From Promethearchaeota archaeon (GTDB lineage Archaea > Asgardarchaeota > Lokiarchaeia > Sigyniarchaeales > SOKP01): a stretch of DNA of 32,000 nt. The stretch covers positions 60,001 through 92,000 of the forward strand of contig JAUWGH010000009.1 of NCBI GenBank assembly GCA_030606485.1. Reading direction: 5' to 3'. Below the pieces are notes generated by a model. It was not told the origin of the DNA. It searched no databases and was given only the letters and a program-made list of their open reading frames with translations. Positions 1 to 8,892 of the stretch are shown here, piece by piece. The translations under genes were made by a program, and so were the position numbers. Each line of letters opens with the position of its first letter. Within the stretch, counting starts at the first letter, position 1.

Positions 1-2
1 AT

Positions 3-329
3 GGAAAGATTATTGCAGAAGGAACACCTCAGGAACTCAAAGGAAAAATCGGACGTGGTGATATAATCGGGTTTCGATTGTTAGATGATAAACTCGAATT
101 TAGAGAAAAAGTTGTGGAAGATTTAGAACAAAATCCAGCAGTTCTATGGGCAAAATCACTTGGGAAAGAACGAGTTTCATTTAGTGCATTAGATGGTTTA
201 CGAAAAATTTCAGGCTTTTATGATGAATTAGAGTCGAAATTTGGAGTAAAAATGCATGATTTAGTTATCAGACAAAATACTTTAGAAGATGTATTTTTAG
301 ATTTAACTGGGAGGACTTTACGCGATTAG
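3..329 (+). CDS. ABC transporter ATP-binding protein, C-terminal part (5'-truncated by window edge)
   Basis: Frame is open from position 3 (GKIIAEGTPQELK...) and ends in TLEDVFLDLTG. Both are typical of the C-terminus of ABC-2/DrrA-type ATPases. The ORF-track start at 78 is internal. Confidence 0.85.
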   Translation, partial: GKIIAEGTPQELKGKIGRGDIIGFRLLDDKLEFREKVVEDLEQNPAVLWAKSLGKERVSFSALDGLRKISGFYDELESKFGVKMHDLVIRQNTLEDVFLDLTGRTLRD

Positions 330-341
330 GAGGTGGATAAT

Positions 342-1535
342 ATGAATAAAGATGTATCAAAGAAAAGAAAACCTATGGGAAAAATATTAGGTAATTTACG
401 CCGATTTATGGGAATTGTGAATAAATTTCTCAAGTCAAGTTATAGGGATAAACCATTGTATTTCTGGGTTTTTGGATATCCATTATTATTTATGTTTATT
501 TACTATATTGCATTCGGGGGAACAACTAGACCGACTTATACAATTGCAATTATTAATTATGACAGTTTGGTAATGGAGGGGCAAGCAGAAAATGAAATTA
601 TTGATTTTAGCTCTATTTTTATTATAAATCTTTTTAATCCAGAAAATTCTGACAGCAACCTCAGTGAAACATTTGTGCTTCAAAACGATTTAACTGAAGC
701 TGAAGGAATTAGAGCTATTCAAGCAGATACTATAGATGCTTTAATTATAATTCCAAAAAATTTTAGCGAAATTATACATGGAGTAATCGAAGGTGAAGCG
801 CCTTCTATAATTATATATACAAGCCCAGATCCTATGGAGAAAGACATAATTCCAAGTATTTTTGATGGAATAATCAACAATCTTATCTTAGCATATAATA
901 ATATTGAAGAATTATCGATATCTCATTTAATAACTGGAGATGTTTTTGATCCTTTTGATTGGATAATGCCTGGAATGGTTATTGCAGGTATTACTGTAGC
1001 AATAATGAATGTTGCAACCTTATTTGCAAGAGAAATGGAAAAAGGTTTGATGGAGAGGTTAGACACTACTCCAGTTCCTCGATCTGTACAACTTTTAGGT
1101 GGAGGAGCCGCACAAATTATTTTTAGTTCTGTACAAGGTTTAATTCTTATGCTATGTTTATTGTTGTTTGGTGTTCAAGTTGCAGGAAATGCTGATTGGA
1201 TAGCCGCTTTTGTGAATGTTATAGTAACTGCATATATGTGCATAGGGTGTGGATTAATTGTCGCCGCTCTTGTTAGAAATGCGGATAGTGCAGGAGGAAT
1301 AGCTTGGATAATTATTTTACCTTTTCAATTTTTTGGTAATTTAATAATGAGTTTGGGTGATACATTATTTAATAGAATATTTCCAACTTATTATGCAGGT
1401 CGTGCGATGCGAAATGTATTAATCGACGGATTTGGACTTATAGAAATATTGCCTGATCTCCTAACGATTTTTATTTTTGGCACAGTTTTCATCCTAATTG
1501 CCCTATTAATTTTCAAAAAACGTAGAAAACTTTGA
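342..1535 (+). CDS. ABC-2 type exporter permease
   Basis: N-terminal TM, large extracytoplasmic loop (AIINYD...DALIIIP), five C-terminal TMs and an EMEKGLMERLDTTP motif. GGAGGT at 329-334 favours the ATG at 342 over the GTG at 333. Confidence 0.85.
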   Translation: MNKDVSKKRKPMGKILGNLRRFMGIVNKFLKSSYRDKPLYFWVFGYPLLFMFIYYIAFGGTTRPTYTIAIINYDSLVMEGQAENEIIDFSSIFIINLFNPENSDSNLSETFVLQNDLTEAEGIRAIQADTIDALIIIPKNFSEIIHGVIEGEAPSIIIYTSPDPMEKDIIPSIFDGIINNLILAYNNIEELSISHLITGDVFDPFDWIMPGMVIAGITVAIMNVATLFAREMEKGLMERLDTTPVPRSVQLLGGGAAQIIFSSVQGLILMLCLLLFGVQVAGNADWIAAFVNVIVTAYMCIGCGLIVAALVRNADSAGGIAWIIILPFQFFGNLIMSLGDTLFNRIFPTYYAGRAMRNVLIDGFGLIEILPDLLTIFIFGTVFILIALLIFKKRRKL

Positions 1536-1551
1536 AGGAGGTTGCTTATAA

Positions 1552-2256
1552 ATGAAAATCCTTAAAAAATTACTATTAATATGGCTACTATGTGGTTTAA
1601 TTTTAACTTTTGAACTAAAAATGACAAAATCTATAGAAACACAGATTTCTGATAATGTTTATGATACAGAATCTATTTCGACAATGAGTGGAAAAATAGA
1701 AGATGTTGGTGTTGACATTACGATTAATTTAACCTATTATTTAAAGTATTATTTTGATACAAAACCTAATTTTACTCTATTTGTTTATATTTCTCAACTT
1801 AATGGATATCTAGTTCCTAAATATATTCAAATATTCTATAAACTAAGTAAAGGTGAGACCTATCAGTTCTTAAACATACTTGGTGGAATTGCATACCAAA
1901 CACAACCTTTTCTCTATAATTTCAATTCTTCCAGTACATCAAATGTGGGTGAAAATAAATCTGCGAATGTGTGGATACGATTTGGTTATTCTATAAATGG
2001 CACGGAATTTGCTCAATATGAAACAGTAAATAAGACAGAAAATCAAGTTGAAATTGTTTGTTTAGAGGATTCAGAAGCGGATTCAGATGAAGACAAAATA
2101 TGGTTTCTATGGTTTCCTCTAGAACCTTATGAATTTATAATTGTTATTGTCGTTATTGCATCAGTGGTTATACTTTCAATAATAATAGTTAAGCTGAAAA
2201 AGAAAAAATCAAAACAAATGAATAATAAAAATATTGAAGAAAAAAATATGAACTAA
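1552..2256 (+). CDS. Hypothetical exported protein with C-terminal membrane anchor
   Basis: GGAGGT at 1537-1542. Signal-like N-terminus, several N-x-S/T sequons, hydrophobic C-terminal helix followed by a Lys-rich tail. No family recognised. Confidence 0.7.
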   Translation: MKILKKLLLIWLLCGLILTFELKMTKSIETQISDNVYDTESISTMSGKIEDVGVDITINLTYYLKYYFDTKPNFTLFVYISQLNGYLVPKYIQIFYKLSKGETYQFLNILGGIAYQTQPFLYNFNSSSTSNVGENKSANVWIRFGYSINGTEFAQYETVNKTENQVEIVCLEDSEADSDEDKIWFLWFPLEPYEFIIVIVVIASVVILSIIIVKLKKKKSKQMNNKNIEEKNMN

Positions 2257-2273
2257 AATTAAAATTTAATTAA

Positions 2274-2283
2274 TTTTTTTTTT
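2274..2283 (+). terminator. Oligo-T archaeal terminator candidate
   Basis: T10 run 17 nt after the 2256 stop, between convergent genes. Confidence 0.45.
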
Positions 2284-2298
2284 CCAATAATCTATAAT

Positions 2299-4749
2299 TT
2301 ATGATTTAAATTTGTCGTTTGCTACTTCTATGCATTTTCCTATAGTAACGACCTCATCATCCTCATGAAGATCCATTGCTTTAACTCCTTGTGTGACTCT
2401 GTGGCTAACTCTAATTGAATCACAATGGATTCTTATTACTTGTCCTTTTTTTGTGCCTATTAATAACTCTTGCCCTGCAGCCCGTTGTATTGCGATTACT
2501 TCATCATCCTTCGATTTAAAATGAATATTTATAACTCCTTTTGCGTTTCTTGAGGTTTTTCTGTATTCTTTAATCGAACTGCATTTTCCTTTTCCTTTTT
2601 TAGTTAAAGTGAGAATTTTAGTTTTCTCATCTGTTAATAAAGCACCGATCACCTCATCATTTTCACGTAATTTTATACCCCTCACGCCCATTGCTGTCCT
2701 TCCTAGATTTTTAAGTTGTTTAACGTCAAATCTAGCGGCATAACCATTTTTTGTTCCAATAAAAACATCTTTATTCTCATCTTCGAGTTTTAATACTGTT
2801 ATCAACTCATCATCTGGTCTGATTTTGATTGCAATTATTCCACTTTTAGAAATTTTTGAGAAATATTTTAATAAAGTTTTCTTGACTAACCCATTTTTAG
2901 ATACAAAAATAAGTTTATCATCTTCTGAGAATTTACTGATCGGAATCATATGGGCGATTTTTTCATTTTCTTTTAAATTTAGTAATCTAATGATTGAACG
3001 ACCTTTAGATGTTCGTGTTTGTTTTGGAAGGTTATAACATCTTAAGGAATAAATTCGTCCCTTACTAGTAAAAAATAGGATAAAATCATGAGTAACACAT
3101 GAGAAAATATCTTTTATGAAATCTTCCTCGTCCATTTTCATAATTTTTTTTCCTTTACCGCCCCGATGTTGTAGTTGATAAACTTCTGTTGGGATTCGTT
3201 TAATATATTGATTGCTAGTAAGTATAACAATAGTTGATTTAACTTTAATTAAATCTAGCCGTGTAATCTCTTTTTGATGAGATAAATCTATGATCTGTGT
3301 TCTACGTTTATCACCAAACTTTTTGGATAATTCTATTAACTCATTTTTTATAATTTTGTATCTTATTTTTTCATCTGCAATAATTTCTTCAAGTTCTTTT
3401 ATTTTAATGATTAAGTCTTTTTTATCATCTACCAGTTTTTGTCTTTCTAGGCTTGTTAATCTTGAAAGTCTCATAGCTAAAATTGCCTCAGATTGAATTT
3501 TGGTTAGACTATATTTTGTTATCAATTTTTTATTTGCTTCTGCTGCGTCTTTAGAACTTTTTATTATTTGAATGATGCTATCAATATCATCGAGAGCAAT
3601 TAATAAACCTTCAATTTTATGTAATTTCTTTTTAGCCTCATCTCGGTCAAATACAGAACGTTTATATATAACTCTTTCTCTATGATTTAAATATTCTTTA
3701 ATTAATTCAAGTAAATTTAGGATTTTGGGTTGTAATCCTTTATTTATAAGTGTTAAATTAATTATATTAAATGAATCTTGGAGTTTTGTTTTGTTATAGA
3801 GAATATTTTCAACAAGTTTAGGTTCTCCATCCTTGGAGAGTTCAATAACTATTCTCATACCCTTTTGATCTGACTCATCCCTTAAGACTTTAATATCTGG
3901 CATGACTTTATTGCGAATGAGTTTTGCAATTGACTGCATAAGAGATGTTTTATTTACTAAATAAGGAATTTCTGTTATTACAACTGCTGTTTTATCTTTT
4001 TTAATGGTTTCTACAGAAATTTTTCCTCTTATGATTATTTTTCCACGACCTGTTTTATATGATTGTAATATACTTTGGGGATTTATAATCATCCCTCCAG
4101 TTGGGAAGTCGGGACCTTTTATTATTTCCGAGAGTTCTTTAATTGAAATTTCTGGGTTTTCAATTTTTGCTATAATGCCTTTGCAAATTTCAGTTAAATT
4201 GTGCGGTGCCATATTAGTCGACATTCCAACCGCAATCCCACTCGTTCCATTCACCAATAAAGTTGGAAATTTTGAAGGTAAAACTTTAGGTTCTTTATTT
4301 GATCCATCAAAATTATCTATGAACTCTACAGTCTCTTTTTTGATATTTTCAAAAATTTCATTTGAAATTTGTGCTAGCCTTGCTTCTGTATATCGCATTG
4401 CTGCGGGTGGATCTCCATCAACAGAACCAAAATTACCATGACCTTGAATCAGAGGATATCTTATCGAGAAATTTTGAGCTAATCGAACCAATGAATTATA
4501 AATGGCTTGGTCTCCATGAGGATGATAATCGCCAAGCACATACCCAACTATTTTAGCACTTTTGACAAATGGCCTATTGTAAAGGAAATTGTCTCTATAC
4601 ATTGTATAGAGTATTCTTCTATGGACCGGCTTTAATCCATCTCTAACATCAGGAATAGCTCGCCCAACAATCACGGACATTGCATAATCAATATACCTTT
4701 CCTCTAACTCAATTCCAATTTTTTTTTCTAAAATTTTTTCTGAACTCAT
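2299..4749 (-). CDS. gyrA: DNA gyrase subunit A
   Basis: RAIPDVRDGLKPVHRR, YHPHGD, catalytic AAMRYTEARL, GyrA-box QHRGGKG and C-terminal beta-pinwheel repeats. Confidence 0.97.
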   Translation of the reverse strand: MSSEKILEKKIGIELEERYIDYAMSVIVGRAIPDVRDGLKPVHRRILYTMYRDNFLYNRPFVKSAKIVGYVLGDYHPHGDQAIYNSLVRLAQNFSIRYPLIQGHGNFGSVDGDPPAAMRYTEARLAQISNEIFENIKKETVEFIDNFDGSNKEPKVLPSKFPTLLVNGTSGIAVGMSTNMAPHNLTEICKGIIAKIENPEISIKELSEIIKGPDFPTGGMIINPQSILQSYKTGRGKIIIRGKISVETIKKDKTAVVITEIPYLVNKTSLMQSIAKLIRNKVMPDIKVLRDESDQKGMRIVIELSKDGEPKLVENILYNKTKLQDSFNIINLTLINKGLQPKILNLLELIKEYLNHRERVIYKRSVFDRDEAKKKLHKIEGLLIALDDIDSIIQIIKSSKDAAEANKKLITKYSLTKIQSEAILAMRLSRLTSLERQKLVDDKKDLIIKIKELEEIIADEKIRYKIIKNELIELSKKFGDKRRTQIIDLSHQKEITRLDLIKVKSTIVILTSNQYIKRIPTEVYQLQHRGGKGKKIMKMDEEDFIKDIFSCVTHDFILFFTSKGRIYSLRCYNLPKQTRTSKGRSIIRLLNLKENEKIAHMIPISKFSEDDKLIFVSKNGLVKKTLLKYFSKISKSGIIAIKIRPDDELITVLKLEDENKDVFIGTKNGYAARFDVKQLKNLGRTAMGVRGIKLRENDEVIGALLTDEKTKILTLTKKGKGKCSSIKEYRKTSRNAKGVINIHFKSKDDEVIAIQRAAGQELLIGTKKGQVIRIHCDSIRVSHRVTQGVKAMDLHEDDEVVTIGKCIEVANDKFKS

Positions 4750-4786
4750 AATATTACTCTAATTTTTAGTGATAAAATAAATAAAA

Positions 4787-6799
4787 TTAAATATCCAGGA
4801 CTTTTACGTCCTTATATTTATCCACAATAAATTTTTTTCTGGGTTGGACATCATCTCCCATTAATTGAGAAAATATTTGATCAGTTTCAATGAGATCTTC
4901 AATTTTAACTCGTAAAAGTGATCGATTATCTTTATTCATCGTTGTTTCATATAACTCTGGAGGATTCATTTCTCCCAAACCTTTATACCGCTGTATTTTT
5001 ATAGATCCCTTGTTTTCTATTTTTATTTTGTACTTTTCCATTAAATCCTTAACTATATTATCCCTTTCTTTGTCATTGAATGCATATTTTTTAAATTTTT
5101 TATAATTAATTTTGTATAAAGGGGGTAAAGCAACGTAAAGATGTCCATTTTCAATTAATGGGCGCATATATCTAAAGAAAAAAGTTAATAAAAGTGTTTC
5201 AATATGAGATCCATCGATGTCTGCATCACACATAATAATAATTTTGTGATAACGAAGTTTAGTTAAATCGAAAGGTTCATCATCTATACCCTCAATTCCT
5301 GCGTCAATGGTTTTAATCATTGCTTGTATCTCTTTATTATTAAGGATTTTATGAATTCGGGATTTTTCAACATTTAGAATTTTCCCTCGTAAAGGTAAAA
5401 TTGCTTGAAATTCTCTATCACGCCCTTGTTTGGCCGAACCACCAGCCGAGGATCCCTCTACAATAAAAAGTTCGCATTTTTCTGATTCACTTGAAGAGCA
5501 ATCTGCAAGTTTACCGGGTAATCGAATTGAATCTAAAGCAGATTTCCTACGAATTAATTGTTTTGCGCTTTGAGCAGCATCTCTCGCTTTTTTTGCTTCT
5601 AATGCTTTATAAATTATTGATTTTGCAGTCTCTGGATTTTCTTCCAAATGTTTTTCTAATTCATTAGATACAATCCTACTAACTATTTGTCTTATTTCAG
5701 GATTTCCTAGTTTTATCTTTGTTTGGCTTTCAAATTGTGGATCAGGCAACATGATTGAGAGAATTGCTGTTAATCCTTCTCTAACATCTTCACCTGATAA
5801 TATCATTCCTTTGAATTTCTTAAATTGTTCATTTTCAAGATATGAATTCATAACCCTTGTTAATGCACCTTTAAATCCGGTTAAGTGAGTACCCCCTTCT
5901 TTAGTATTGATTGTATTTGCAAAAGTTAAAATGTTTGTCCCATAACTTTGATTATATTGCATAGCTACTTCAACTAAAATTTCTACCGTACCAGATTCTT
6001 TTTTTTTAACAAAAGGTTTTTTAAAATAAATTGGAGTTGGAATCAATAATTTCTTATTTTTATTAAGAAAAGATACAAAATCTATCAAGCCCCCCTTAAA
6101 ATAATATTCAATGGGTTCTTCAATATTTTCATTTAGAATTGAAAATTTTGTGTTGGGATTAAGAAAAGCTAATTCTCTCACGCGATTAGATATTTTAGTA
6201 ATATTCCATATATCATCTTCAGGATTAAAATCAAATATTTCATTATCTGGATAGAATGAGATTTTGGTTTCAGTTATATTTACTTCATTTTCTGGTAAAT
6301 TTATTATTTCAGGTTCGGAAACACTTACGCCTTTAGAAAAATTTTGCCGATAAAGTTTTCCCTCTCTTTTTACTTCAACAATCAATTTTTCAGTTAGTGC
6401 ACACACAACAGAAAGCCCCACTCCATGCAAGCCACCTGATATCCTATATGCTTTACTATCAAATTTACCTCCTGCATGTAAATGCTCAAGAATAACTTCT
6501 GGAGTGTATTTATCATATTCTGGGTGTTTTCCGATTGGAATTCCACGTCCATTGTCTATAATCTCAACAGAATTATCAGAATTGATAATAATATCAATTT
6601 TATCGCAAAATCCTGCCAAACTTTCATCTATTGAATTATCAATGACTTCAAAAATAAGGTGGTGCAGTCCATTTTCCCCAGTATCGCCAATATACATGGC
6701 AGGTCTTTTTCTAACTCCTTCTAATCCCTTTAAAACTTTAATACTTTCTGCATCATAAACGGAATTGTTTTGATTTTGGTGGTTTTTATTTGAATCCAA
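4787..6799 (-). CDS. gyrB: DNA gyrase subunit B
   Basis: GHKL motifs (EVIDNSIDE, DNGRGIP, GGLHGVG), TOPRIM motifs (VEGSSAGG, PLRGKILN, DADIDG) and QRYKGLGEMN. TTG start with GGAAGGA upstream. Confidence 0.97.
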   Translation of the reverse strand: MDSNKNHQNQNNSVYDAESIKVLKGLEGVRKRPAMYIGDTGENGLHHLIFEVIDNSIDESLAGFCDKIDIIINSDNSVEIIDNGRGIPIGKHPEYDKYTPEVILEHLHAGGKFDSKAYRISGGLHGVGLSVVCALTEKLIVEVKREGKLYRQNFSKGVSVSEPEIINLPENEVNITETKISFYPDNEIFDFNPEDDIWNITKISNRVRELAFLNPNTKFSILNENIEEPIEYYFKGGLIDFVSFLNKNKKLLIPTPIYFKKPFVKKKESGTVEILVEVAMQYNQSYGTNILTFANTINTKEGGTHLTGFKGALTRVMNSYLENEQFKKFKGMILSGEDVREGLTAILSIMLPDPQFESQTKIKLGNPEIRQIVSRIVSNELEKHLEENPETAKSIIYKALEAKKARDAAQSAKQLIRRKSALDSIRLPGKLADCSSSESEKCELFIVEGSSAGGSAKQGRDREFQAILPLRGKILNVEKSRIHKILNNKEIQAMIKTIDAGIEGIDDEPFDLTKLRYHKIIIMCDADIDGSHIETLLLTFFFRYMRPLIENGHLYVALPPLYKINYKKFKKYAFNDKERDNIVKDLMEKYKIKIENKGSIKIQRYKGLGEMNPPELYETTMNKDNRSLLRVKIEDLIETDQIFSQLMGDDVQPRKKFIVDKYKDVKVLDI

Positions 6800-7060
6800 A
6801 AATTAATCCTTCCTACCTATTTTTTTCTAATTAAATTTGATTTATTATAGGTGAAAACGTATTCTTTTTTTGTAGTTTTCTATTTAAATATAAGAAAATT
6901 AACGATATAAACCTATGGGAGTTTTTTTTATCAATTTTGGAAAATAAATTATCAAAATCTATAATGAAAATTAGAAGTTATTATTCTTTTTCGAAATATG
7001 TTGCAAAATTTTAAACAATCATTATTTAGAAAATACTCTGTTCTAAAAAGATGATATCAT

Positions 7061-7936
7061 TTAAATCCAATTTTTCCTATGATCTCTTATTATTTTAGAC
7101 ATTCTTATAAAATCACGGAAATTTTCCTCTACATCGTGAGTTCTAACTATATGTGCACCATTATAAACAGCAATAGCCGTAGATGATAATGATCCAAAAT
7201 ATCTATCTTTAGGATCGGGAATCTCCAATGCATTTCCAATAAAAGATTTTCTGGATATCGCAACAAGTATTGGTTTCTTTAGAGATCTTAATTTATTAAG
7301 ATCATTAATTATGCCAATATCATATTGGAAGGTTTTTTCCTTAATCCATGCTCCAATTCCGGGATCTATTATGATTTTATCACTTGCAAAACCCTCATCC
7401 TCTAAAGATTTAATTGATTCATGTAATATATCCGAAATTTTTTCAATTAATAGGAGATCTCCGGGTATATCTTTTGATGCCATTAATATTATAGGGATTT
7501 CTTTTTCAATTATTAAATCTTTCAGAGTCGTATCTGTTTTAAGATTAGAAACATCATTAATAATCATATATTTATTGTGTTCTTGCGTTATTTCATAGCA
7601 TTTTTGTGCAATCTTCCTGTATTGAGTATCAACGGAGATTATAATCTCTTGTGGGATTAATTTACATACTATCTTTATTACAGAAATTATCCGATTCAAT
7701 TCTTCATCGATAGAAATTTTTGCAGACCATGGAGCAGTCGAACGCGCACCAATATCTATAATTTTAGCACCATTTTGAATCATATTTTCAATAATGGAAG
7801 ATAAATCATTTAAATCCATTAAAACAGAACCTTTATAGAAAGATTCTGGACTTAAGTTTATAACTCCCATTATAACAATTGGATGTGAATCTCCTATTTC
7901 TAAGCAATCAAACAATTTAATGTTAATTAAACTCAT
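7061..7936 (-). CDS. folP: Dihydropteroate synthase-family protein
   Basis: MGVINLSPESFY, IIDIGARST, SVDT, INDVS, IIDPGIG, SRKSFIG and IVRTHDV motifs. Start is ATG 7936 or GTG 7948. Confidence 0.88.
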   Translation of the reverse strand: MSLINIKLFDCLEIGDSHPIVIMGVINLSPESFYKGSVLMDLNDLSSIIENMIQNGAKIIDIGARSTAPWSAKISIDEELNRIISVIKIVCKLIPQEIIISVDTQYRKIAQKCYEITQEHNKYMIINDVSNLKTDTTLKDLIIEKEIPIILMASKDIPGDLLLIEKISDILHESIKSLEDEGFASDKIIIDPGIGAWIKEKTFQYDIGIINDLNKLRSLKKPILVAISRKSFIGNALEIPDPKDRYFGSLSSTAIAVYNGAHIVRTHDVEENFRDFIRMSKIIRDHRKNWI

Positions 7937-7964
7937 ATGATCCCGCACATCCCTAAGAAATTCT

Positions 7965-8017
7965 TTATTATAAAATAATAAACATTATGAAATAATAATT
8001 ATTTCATTTTATAATAA
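7965..8017. promoter_or_regulatory. Symmetric bidirectional promoter: back-to-back TATA elements around a central palindrome
   Basis: TTATTATAAAA (7965-7975) and its exact reverse complement TTTTATAATAA (8007-8017) flank the perfect inverted repeat ATGAAATAAT-A-ATTATTTCAT (7987-8007), between two divergent genes. Confidence 0.55.
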
Positions 8018-8053
8018 TAAGAAAATTGTCTTGAGTCCGTAATAGATGATTAT

Positions 8054-8848
8054 ATGATTGTTAATAGCGTAAAATTGCCAATTATTAAATCCAATGATGA
8101 TTTACTTCAGATTATTTTAGATACATTCGAGGAAAAAGATATTATTCTTGGAGATAAAGATATTGTGGTTATTTCTGAGAAAATTATTGCTACTGCACAA
8201 GGAAGAGTTGTAGATCTTACAAGTATTAGAGAAGTTTCAGATCAAGCAAAAGAATTAGCATTAAAATATAAAATGGATGAACGTATAGTAGAGTTGATAT
8301 TAAACGAAGCGGATATGGTATTAGGTGGAATAGATACTGTAGTATTAGCAGAAATCAATGGATTGTTAATTGCCAATGCAGGAATAGATCATTCGAATTC
8401 GGGCGGTGAAAATTTTGTTGTGTTATTGCCAAAAAACCCTCAAAAAACAGTTAATAAATATCGAGCATTCTTTATGAAGGAATTTGATCTTAAAAATTTA
8501 GGAGTAATTTTATCGGATTCAAGGGTCCAGCCATTAAAGAAAGGAACCATTGGTGTAGCTATTGCTGTCTCGGGTTTTGAACCAATTGAGGATTGTCGAG
8601 GCCGTTCCGATTTATTTGGAAGACCACTTCTAATTACCCAACGAGCTGTAGCAGATGACTTAGTGAGTGCAGCTCAAATTTTACTAGGGGAAGCTGATGA
8701 ACAAACACCCATTGTTATTATTAAAGGAGCACCAGTTACTTTTATTGATAAGCCACCAAGTTCTATGCAAATGGATCCTGAAGAATGTTTATATATGAAT
8801 ATATTTGCACAATATCTACTGAAAAAAAACGAAAAAAAGAAAGAATAA
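8054..8848 (+). CDS. CofE-like gamma-glutamyl ligase (F420-0:L-glutamate ligase / FolC2 family)
   Basis: DIVVISEKII, NAGIDHSN, DLFGRPL..T..AVADDL, GEADEQTP motifs. Substrate is uncertain, so no symbol is given. Confidence 0.82.
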   Translation: MIVNSVKLPIIKSNDDLLQIILDTFEEKDIILGDKDIVVISEKIIATAQGRVVDLTSIREVSDQAKELALKYKMDERIVELILNEADMVLGGIDTVVLAEINGLLIANAGIDHSNSGGENFVVLLPKNPQKTVNKYRAFFMKEFDLKNLGVILSDSRVQPLKKGTIGVAIAVSGFEPIEDCRGRSDLFGRPLLITQRAVADDLVSAAQILLGEADEQTPIVIIKGAPVTFIDKPPSSMQMDPEECLYMNIFAQYLLKKNEKKKE

Positions 8849-8892
8849 ATTTAATTTTATCCCAAATAAATTAACAAATAGTGTGATATAAT

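Noticed and set aside
2299-6799. Topoisomerase IV (parC/parE)
   Set aside because: An intact GyrA-box (QHRGGKG) and a full C-terminal pinwheel indicate gyrase.
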